Source of the DNA: an uncultured delta proteobacterium
Lineage (GTDB): Bacteria > Desulfobacterota > Binatia > Binatales > Binataceae
Length of the DNA: 64,000 bases
Reading direction: 5' to 3'
Assembly (NCBI GenBank): GCA_963711565.1
Contig: CAVQEQ010000004.1
Location: 1,184,001 to 1,248,000 of the forward strand
Shown here: positions 28,494-35,725 of the stretch, one piece after another
Position numbering within the stretch: position 1 is the stretch's first letter
How the letters are laid out: the number at the start of each line of letters is the position of its first letter
Made by a program: the position numbers and the translations under genes
The notes under the pieces: generated by a model
The model's input: only the letters and a program-made list of their open reading frames with translations
Databases searched by the model: none
What the model was told of the DNA's origin: nothing

Positions 28494-29195
28494 TTATGCG
28501 AGCGGCGGGTTGATGTCAGACCACAGGCGCCGCATCAATTCGATATGGGTCTCCACCGCCCACAGCGTCTCGGCCGCGGCACTCTCGGGTATCGCGCGAA
28601 AGATCGAACCGGCGCTCGAGTCGCCGTGATCCTTGTCAACCTTGACGTGCACGCTGAAGAACAGCAGGGCGTCGTCCGAAAGCTTGTAGTGGCGGCTGAG
28701 TCCGTCGATCACGCGGACGTAAGCGTCGGGGTTGAAGAGCTCGGAGCCGAGGCTGATGCCGGCGAGCGTCACGTACCACGGTTTCGACTGCGCCAGCCAG
28801 TACATCCAATGCACCATCGCGGTCGCGTCGGCCGTCATGCTCGCGTTGAGCAATTGCGCGCGGGGAATTCCGATGGCCTCGCCGAATTCGAGATAGAGTT
28901 CGGGATGCGATCGATTGGCGCCGGAGACGCGGCCGAGTTCCTCCTCGATCAAGTTCTCGACGATCGCCTTGCGCGCCGGGAAGTCGTCGCACTTCGCATA
29001 GATGACGCCTAGGATATTGGCGTTGTGCGCCTTGTTGCCTATGAAGAGCTGCGTCGCCCAATGCCGAAGCTGTGCATCCGACAATTCGCCGCGCTCGATC
29101 TTTTCGATCGTCGGATGCGAGCGAAGCGTGCGATTGTTGCGCTCGAGTCTTTCGATCAGGCTTTTGAGCTGGCGCGTTCCTTTTTCGACATCCAT
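28494..29195 (-). CDS. heme-oxygenase-like diiron enzyme (CADD/PqqC/TenA superfamily)
   Basis: ENLIEEELG..SHPELY.EF..AIG, LGSE, FFSVHVKVDKDH give the 3-His/3-carboxylate ligand set. Confidence 0.85.
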   Translation of the reverse strand: MDVEKGTRQLKSLIERLERNNRTLRSHPTIEKIERGELSDAQLRHWATQLFIGNKAHNANILGVIYAKCDDFPARKAIVENLIEEELGRVSGANRSHPELYLEFGEAIGIPRAQLLNASMTADATAMVHWMYWLAQSKPWYVTLAGISLGSELFNPDAYVRVIDGLSRHYKLSDDALLFFSVHVKVDKDHGDSSAGSIFRAIPESAAAETLWAVETHIELMRRLWSDINPPLA

Positions 29196-29197
29196 GA

Positions 29198-30847
29198 TCA
29201 GTTTCCTCGTGAAGCAACGAGTCCGTGCGCCGAAGCCGTGCGTTCGTTTGCGAGTTTTTCCGCGATGTCGCGCCGCAGCTCGGACTTTCTGATCTTGCCG
29301 ACGTTGGTAAGCGGCAATTCAGCTACGAGCTCGATTCGTTCGGGCCATTTGAACTGCGCGACGCCGCGAGCCGCAAGAAACTCGCGCATCGCCGCGAGCG
29401 CGAGGGTCGCTCCATTTCGAAGCGACAAGTAGGCGCACGCCTTCTCGCCGAGGATGGCATCGGGCATCGCAACCACGGCGGCGGCGCTGACCGCGGGATG
29501 CGCGATCAGGTGAGTTTCTATCTCCTCGGCGTTGACTTTCTCGCCGCCGCGATTGATCAGGTCCTTGATTCTACCCTCGACGACGAGATTGCCGGACGAA
29601 TCGAGCCGAACGAGGTCGCCGGTGCGGTAGAACCCATCGGCGGTGAACGCTTCCCGATTGCGATCCGGCGCGTGGAAGTAGGCGCGAATCGTGTACGGCC
29701 CGCGACACCACAGTTCACCAACCGCGCCGGCCGCGACGTCTGTTCCGTCGGGGTTGACGATCCGGATCTCGTCGGCCGGCGAGAGCGGGCTGCCCTGGGT
29801 CGTGAATGCGATTTCATCGCGCTCGTCGAGGCGTGTGTAGCACAACAATCCCTCAGACATGCCGAGCACTTGCTGCACAACGAGATGCGGATAAGTGCGT
29901 TTGAGATCGCGCGCAACCCGCTCTGGGAGCCGTTGACCGCCAACCGTGATCACGCGAAGCGATTTGAGATCAGCGCGTGAGGATTGGGGCAGGTCGAGGA
30001 TAGCGAGCGCGATCGTGGGAACGCACGGCAGATGAGTGATCTGTTCGCGCGCAATCGTGTTCGCAAGATCAGCCGCCTTGGTCGATTGACTGAAGAACGT
30101 GCGCGTGCCGCAGAGCAGCGCGCCGAGCAATCCGGGGCACGCCAAAGGGAAGTTGTGCTCGGCGGGAAGCGCAATCAGGATGCGCGATTCGGGCGTGAGC
30201 CCGCATGCGGCCGCGGACGCGCGCGCGTTGTACAGATAATCGGCGTGAGTGCGCGGGATGAGCTTCGGCATCCCCGTGGTGCCGCCGGAGAGCAGAAACA
30301 ACGCTACCTCGAATGGATCGCCCGAGGATTCGAGCGAACACGGCGCGCCGCCATGCTCATGCATGCAGACGCATCCGTCGGCCGGCGTCGTTGAAAGAAT
30401 GAGACGCACCTTGAGTTCGTGGGCGAGAGCGGTGTGATCGAATCCGCGATAGATGGGCGCGATGGCGAGCGCCTTTGCGTCGGCGAACGACACGAGATAC
30501 TCGAGCTCAGCCTTGCGATAGGCGGGCAACGCCATGACCGGAAGAGCGCCGAGCACGAGACACGCGAGCGTCAACGTCGCGAATTCAACGCAGTTAGGAA
30601 GTTGTATGACAACCCGATCGTTGCGCTCGATCCCATTGCGGGAGAGGAGGGCGGCGAGGCTCCTCGCTTCAGCAACCAACTGCGAAAAGGTGAGGCTTCG
30701 AGTCGTGTCAGCGACCGCGATGGAATCGGGGCGCTCCCGCGCTGCGTTTGCGACCGCCTCGCAGATGCTCTCGCGGCGCCAGATTCCTTCGCGCACATAG
30801 CGCTCTGCGAAGTCGGCGGGGAACGGCGTGCATCCTTCGAGCATCAT
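29198..30847 (-). CDS. aryl-acid adenylating enzyme (DhbE/MbtA-like; salicylate-type pocket)
   Basis: GCTPFPADFAERY, LSGGTTGMPKLIPRTHADY, HNFPLACPG, GMSEGLLCYT, TNVGKI. Confidence 0.9.
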   Translation of the reverse strand: MMLEGCTPFPADFAERYVREGIWRRESICEAVANAARERPDSIAVADTTRSLTFSQLVAEARSLAALLSRNGIERNDRVVIQLPNCVEFATLTLACLVLGALPVMALPAYRKAELEYLVSFADAKALAIAPIYRGFDHTALAHELKVRLILSTTPADGCVCMHEHGGAPCSLESSGDPFEVALFLLSGGTTGMPKLIPRTHADYLYNARASAAACGLTPESRILIALPAEHNFPLACPGLLGALLCGTRTFFSQSTKAADLANTIAREQITHLPCVPTIALAILDLPQSSRADLKSLRVITVGGQRLPERVARDLKRTYPHLVVQQVLGMSEGLLCYTRLDERDEIAFTTQGSPLSPADEIRIVNPDGTDVAAGAVGELWCRGPYTIRAYFHAPDRNREAFTADGFYRTGDLVRLDSSGNLVVEGRIKDLINRGGEKVNAEEIETHLIAHPAVSAAAVVAMPDAILGEKACAYLSLRNGATLALAAMREFLAARGVAQFKWPERIELVAELPLTNVGKIRKSELRRDIAEKLANERTASAHGLVASRGN

Positions 30848-30850
30848 CGT

Positions 30851-31513
30851 TCAGCGGACGGACAGAGTCCCGGCGATCATGCGGAAACATTCATCCATGA
30901 TTCGGCCGCGCTGCTCGTAATCGCGCGCCGGCTCGTACCAGGTATAAAACCAGTTCATCGCGCCGAACAGCAGCGAGGTGAGGATTCGCGTCTGCTCGCG
31001 ATCGAGAGTTTTGTTGCGGTGCGCGGCGTAGGCCTCGAGTAAGCGGCGGCAGATGCGCGAGTACTCGCGCTTGAGACGCGTGATATCGGCGGCATAGCGG
31101 CCGGTGAGAGAATCGGCCTCGCGCACGAGCACTTTCATCTCGGCGAGATTGCTCATGTGGTATTCGAGATGGCTGCGGATGAAGAGTCGCAGGCGCTCTT
31201 CGGGGTCGTCGGTCGATGCTATCCGCGCTTCAGCGAGCGAAACGAGTTGCTCAAACGCGCGGTGCGAGATGAGGTAGAGCAGCTCCTCTTTGTTGCGCAG
31301 GTAGTAATAGATGCGGGGAAAGGAAATTCGCGCGCGCGCCGCGATGTCGCGAATCGATGCCAGGCCGAAACTCTTTTCGGCGAAGACCGCGGCGGCGGAG
31401 CGCAGGATGTGATCGATGTTCGCGTCGTAGCGCTCCTCGGGCGCCATCGTGCGCGCCGCCGGCTTGATGCGCGCGACCCGCTTCGGCGCCGCTTCGAGAT
31501 TCGACTTTTTCAA
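30851..31513 (-). CDS. TetR-family regulator (KstR2/PaaR-like C-terminus)
   Basis: ILRSAAAVFAEK..SIRDIA...YYYLRNKEELL; LFGAMNWFYTWY. Confidence 0.9.
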   Translation of the reverse strand: MKKSNLEAAPKRVARIKPAARTMAPEERYDANIDHILRSAAAVFAEKSFGLASIRDIAARARISFPRIYYYLRNKEELLYLISHRAFEQLVSLAEARIASTDDPEERLRLFIRSHLEYHMSNLAEMKVLVREADSLTGRYAADITRLKREYSRICRRLLEAYAAHRNKTLDREQTRILTSLLFGAMNWFYTWYEPARDYEQRGRIMDECFRMIAGTLSVR

Positions 31514-31522
31514 TTGCTCACC

Positions 31523-32263
31523 TTAACTGAAACGGCGCCCGGCCGCCGGGTCGGGGATCGGGATCTCGAGCTTGGTCAGCAGATTGTTGACCTCCTCAGT
31601 GAACTCATCGCGCATCTGTTCATTGGTGCGGCGCCGCAGACCCCATTTGACATAGTCGAACTGCCGTTTGGATCCTGATTTCCCGAACATATCGAGACCC
31701 GCGGGGTACCACTTTGCGAGATGCTTGATCAACAGCGCGCGCCCGCGATCGCCTTCGCGCTGCAGATAGCGGCGAATGAGCCGATAACCGAACGCTGCAT
31801 GGCCGAGCTCCTCCTTGTGCACACGTTCCGCGATTCGCGCGAGCGGCTCGTAGCTGCATCCGACCCACTCGTAACCCATGTACGCGCCTTGCCGGTCGGC
31901 GAAGAAGCTGAACAGTCCATATTCCAGCCAGTCGGTCGCTTCGTCGCGCATTTCGAAAATATAGATCGGCATCGGCGACGCCATGAACTTGCTATCGACT
32001 CTGACGCCGAGGTCTTCGAGCAGCTTCATCCAGTAGCTCGCGTGGCGGACTTCGTCGGACCAGAACGCGGCGTACTCCGCTTTGTCTTCGGCTGTGGGAG
32101 CCAGCGCGAGCGGTTTGATGAGCGTGCGCTCGGGCGCGAGCATGTATTCGGATTCGATGCGCGACTGAATCGACAGCATCCGGACGAGAAGATACTTGTA
32201 GTCGGCGGGAAGATCGGTGGGGCCAGCGAAGCGGATTTCAGTCGCGGGTGATGGATTGCTCAT
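31523..32263 (-). CDS. PaaA/BoxB-like ferritin-fold diiron oxygenase subunit
   Basis: APTAEDK..DEVRH, FADR, CSYEPLARIA..HKEELGH, KWYP.GLDMFG, KWGLRRRTNEQMR. Confidence 0.87.
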   Translation of the reverse strand: MSNPSPATEIRFAGPTDLPADYKYLLVRMLSIQSRIESEYMLAPERTLIKPLALAPTAEDKAEYAAFWSDEVRHASYWMKLLEDLGVRVDSKFMASPMPIYIFEMRDEATDWLEYGLFSFFADRQGAYMGYEWVGCSYEPLARIAERVHKEELGHAAFGYRLIRRYLQREGDRGRALLIKHLAKWYPAGLDMFGKSGSKRQFDYVKWGLRRRTNEQMRDEFTEEVNNLLTKLEIPIPDPAAGRRFS

Positions 32264-32288
32264 TCGACTTTCCTATCCTGGCTGATGT

Positions 32289-32306
32289 TCTGAACGATAG
32301 TTCAGA
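32289..32306. promoter_or_regulatory. putative TetR operator upstream of the paaA-like gene
   Basis: TCTGAAC-GATA-GTTCAGA inverted repeat (extends imperfectly gatgtt...aacatc), 26 bp upstream of ATG 32263. Confidence 0.65.
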
Positions 32307-32328
32307 TAACATCCAGAGGGACTTGCGG

Positions 32329-33087
32329 TCAACCCGCCATCGTCAGGCCGCCGCTTACGCTCAGCACCTGGCCGGTGATGAAGTCTGAATCGGATGAGGC
32401 GAAGAATGCGACCGCGCCGGCGAGGTCGGCAGGTTGCCCGAGGCGGCGAAACGGGATGCCGCGCGCCATCGCGTCGAGAACTTTCTCGCGCCCCGCCATC
32501 GCGGTCTTCAGCAGCGCGGTGTCGGTCGGCCCCGGGCATACGACGTTGACGTTGATGTGATTTGCGGCGAGTTCGCGCGCGAGTGTCTTCGAGAAACCGA
32601 TGATGGCGGCTTTGCATCCGGCGTAAACCGCTTCACCGCTCGAGCCGACGCGGGCGGCGTCGGAAGAGATCGAGATGATTTTGCCCGCGCCACGAGATTG
32701 CATTCGCGGCACCACGGCTTTGCAGCAATTGAGCATCCCGCGATAGTTGATGGCGATCACCTTGTCCCAAAAATCCGGGGTGGACTCGACGAACGGCATC
32801 AGCACGTCCCAGCCGGCGTTGTTCACCAGGATGTCGATTGGGCCCAGTTCGCGCTCAACGCGATCGGCCGCCGCGATCGAGTCGTCAAGTTTGGTGACGT
32901 CGAGCGCGACTGCTATTGCCGATGCGCCGCCGGCGCGAATTTCTCCCGCCGCGCGTTCCGCCGAATCGAACTGGATGTCGGCCAGCGCGACTTTCGCCCC
33001 TTCGTCGGCGAGGCGCGATGCGATCGCGCGCCCGATTCCTTGCGCAGCGCCGGTCACGATTGCGACTTTGCCGGTGAGGCGGTCCAC
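32329..33087 (-). CDS. SDR, 2-hydroxycyclohexanecarboxyl-CoA dehydrogenase (BadH)-like
   Basis: TGAAQGIG, NNAGWD, SSDAARVGSSGEAVYAGCK, VCPGPTDT, SVSGGLTMAG. Confidence 0.85.
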   Translation of the reverse strand: MDRLTGKVAIVTGAAQGIGRAIASRLADEGAKVALADIQFDSAERAAGEIRAGGASAIAVALDVTKLDDSIAAADRVERELGPIDILVNNAGWDVLMPFVESTPDFWDKVIAINYRGMLNCCKAVVPRMQSRGAGKIISISSDAARVGSSGEAVYAGCKAAIIGFSKTLARELAANHINVNVVCPGPTDTALLKTAMAGREKVLDAMARGIPFRRLGQPADLAGAVAFFASSDSDFITGQVLSVSGGLTMAG

Positions 33088-33115
33088 GGTTCTACTTCAA
33101 CTGGCGCACGTTACT

Positions 33116-33871
33116 TCAGCTGGCAATCCAGCCGCCGTCGATGATGAACGGCGCTCCGGTGGCGAACGGCGCCTCGTCGCTCGCCAGGAACAGCGCGGTA
33201 TGCGCGATTTCATCGGCGCTGCCGACGCGGCCCAGCACCGAGCTGCGCTGGATGAACTTTGGCTGCAGTCCGTCGGGTCCGGTGATTCGATCCACCATCG
33301 GCGTGTGGATTACCCCCGGGCAGATGCAGTTGACGCGAACGTTGTAGCGCCCGTACTCGAGCGCCGCGACGCGTGTCAGCGAAATCACGCCGGCCTTGGC
33401 CGCGCAGTATGCGGCCGCGCCCTTGAGCCCGACGATTCCCGCGACTGACGCCGTATTGATCACCGCGCCGCCGCCGCGCTCGACGATCCTTGGCAGTCCG
33501 TACTTCATTCCGAGCCACACGCCGCGCAGGTTGATGGCGATCACGCGGTCGAACGCCTCTTCGCTGAGCTGCGCGATGAAGCCGGACTCGCCTTCGATGC
33601 CCGCGTTGTTGTACAGCACGTCGAGTCCGCCGAATGCCCGCACAGTTTCTTCGACCATCGCGCGCGCGTCCTCGGAGTCGGAGACGTCGGCGCGGATCGA
33701 GATTGCATCTCCGCCGGACGCTTTGATCATGCGCGCAGTCTCGGCCGCGGACGCTTCGGTTACGTCGATAGCCGCGACTTTTGCGCCTTCGCGCGCGAAC
33801 AGCACCGAGGCCGCGCGCCCCATTCCAGAGCCGGCGCCGGTGATCAGCGCAACTTTCCCTTGAAGTCTCAT
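33116..33871 (-). CDS. classical SDR oxidoreductase
   Basis: TGAGSGMG, NNAG, YCAAK, IDGG. Confidence 0.92.
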   Translation of the reverse strand: MRLQGKVALITGAGSGMGRAASVLFAREGAKVAAIDVTEASAAETARMIKASGGDAISIRADVSDSEDARAMVEETVRAFGGLDVLYNNAGIEGESGFIAQLSEEAFDRVIAINLRGVWLGMKYGLPRIVERGGGAVINTASVAGIVGLKGAAAYCAAKAGVISLTRVAALEYGRYNVRVNCICPGVIHTPMVDRITGPDGLQPKFIQRSSVLGRVGSADEIAHTALFLASDEAPFATGAPFIIDGGWIAS

Positions 33872-34147
33872 TAGCCTCTCCGACGACTTACCGTTCCGGA
33901 CGTTCGCCGCGCAGAGTAGCGCATTTCGACGCGATGCCGTTAGCGCGTTTTATGATCTATTGACGCTGTGCGATTTGCCGGACGGAGCCGCAGTGTTTAG
34001 CTACGACTCCGTCCGGCGGGGAGGGGGAGGTTACTCAACCGGTTCCTGGACGCATGAATTTGAATCGCTGGAGGCGGCTCTCAGCTCGTTTGCGACGGTT
34101 GTGATCATCATCAGGTACCGCGTGTCCCGGCTGTGGTCAGATCCCGT

Positions 34148-34606
34148 TTACTCGCCGGCCGCGTCCCGGGCAGTTTGAAAGTAACCGTGAACCGTCTGCC
34201 GATTGTTCTGCAGATTGGTGTACAGAGTGTTAGCCGCACCCAACTGAGCCGGCGAAAGTGAGCCACAAACGTTCTGCGCGATTGCGTCCTCGTCCTGAAT
34301 CACCTTGAGCTGGGCCGCCGACAGTGCATTCTCGTCCGCGGTCAAAGAAGTACTCTTGGCAAGGATGGCCTGATCCAGGGCCTGCTTGGCCGTATGGACG
34401 GCTTGCCGGTCAGTGCGCAAGGAAGAGCTTTTGAATGTTGACCAGAGAGTGGTCTTTACCGATTTCGGCGCGGCAGCCAGACACGCAGACAGGGCCGGGG
34501 AACCGTGATGATGGCCGCCGTGACCACCGAAAGCCTGCGCATAGCCGGCCGCGGTAAGGAGTGCAGCGCCTGCTACGGTTGCGATGAAGGGTGAAAACTT
34601 TCTCAT
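34148..34606 (-). CDS. secreted helical protein, Spy/CpxP-like, with His-rich N-terminus
   Basis: Signal peptide ending AQA, GGHGGHHHG, LSPAQ (LTxxQ-like); GGAGG RBS. Confidence 0.65.
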   Translation of the reverse strand: MRKFSPFIATVAGAALLTAAGYAQAFGGHGGHHHGSPALSACLAAAPKSVKTTLWSTFKSSSLRTDRQAVHTAKQALDQAILAKSTSLTADENALSAAQLKVIQDEDAIAQNVCGSLSPAQLGAANTLYTNLQNNRQTVHGYFQTARDAAGE

Positions 34607-34750
34607 ATCTCTTCCTCCCGAAACGACGGCGTTAGTGTGCCGGCATATTTGCGGCCCACGACTACGGAAAACTTGGAAACCATAAACAACTCCTCAACTG
34701 CTGCCACCTTAATTGGCGGCTATTCGTCTATTCTAAATGTACGTTAATTG

Positions 34751-34789
34751 AAAAAACCGGTTACGCACCCGCCGGGAATGGCCGGTTTT
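34751..34789 (-). terminator. putative intrinsic terminator after the PEP mutase-family gene
   Basis: aaaaccggtta...tggccggtttt stem with a T6 run on the minus strand. Confidence 0.5.
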
Positions 34790-34804
34790 GTGAGCTGTTG
34801 ATGA

Positions 34805-35652
34805 CTAAGTCCGGCGGGTCGCCATCAGCCGGTTCGCGTCGGCGTACGTGGTGGCGCCTTCGGACGTCAAGTCGTAGGTGCCCGCGCTCAACAATTCCGC
34901 GACCGTCTTCTTCAATGCCGTCATAGCGCCGAGAGTCAGCCGAGTGCCGACGCTCAGGCGAGCGACGCCGAGCTTTTCGAGTTCGGGGATGGTCGGAAGG
35001 CCCGGAAACGCGAGCAGATTCAACGGCCCGTCGAGGGCCGGGACGATTCGCTCGATGTCGGCGCAGCGGGTGACCGCCGGGATAAACAGACAATCGGCGC
35101 CGGCCTTACGGTAAGCGTTCGCGCGGCGGACAGCATTCTCGAAGCGCGTGTCGGGCTCGCCGATTCCGAGCAGGTACACGTCGGTGCGCGCGTTGATTAC
35201 GAGCGGGACGCCGGCGGAGTCTGCCGCTTCGCGTGCGGCGCGCACGCGCTCGACGGCGACCTCCAAATCGTAGGGGCGCGGGGTGCCGTCGTGGACCTGG
35301 TCTTCGAGGTTGATGCCAACCGCGCCGGCGTCGATGACGCGTCGAACGGTTTCGGCGACTTCGCGAGCATCGCGCGCAAAGCCGGACTCGATGTCCGCCG
35401 TGACCGGGATCGTGACGACGCGAGCGATGCGCGCGATCGCGGAAATCATCTCGTCGCGCGGAATCGCCTCGCCGTCGGGATAGCCGACGGAAAACGCGAC
35501 GCCGGCGCTAGTCGTGGCGATCGCTCGGGCGCCCGTATCCTCGATTACCCGCGCGCTCATAGCGTCCCATGCGTTGGCAGCACCAGGATTCGCGAGCGAT
35601 CGTGCATCGCTCGAAATTCTTCAGCTTTGGCTCGTTGAGTGTCGCGGCTCAC
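34805..35652 (-). CDS. isocitrate lyase/PEP mutase family protein, 1-nt deletion near 35577
   Basis: Upstream frame GTG 35652 (AAGGAGG RBS) gives FRAMH..ILVLP, joined to NAWDAMSARV; ATTSAGVA, ADIESGF, GINLED, INARTD. Confidence 0.85.
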
Positions 35653-35725
35653 GGTTGGCCTCCTTGTCTCGGCTGATTACATACAACACCGCATCGAGCG
35701 TTGTGTGAAATCGCGGCGATCGATC

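Noticed and set aside
29198-30847. Siderophore (enterobactin/mycobactin-type) biosynthesis cluster
   Set aside because: No carrier protein, NRPS, chorismate-utilising enzyme or receptor in the window
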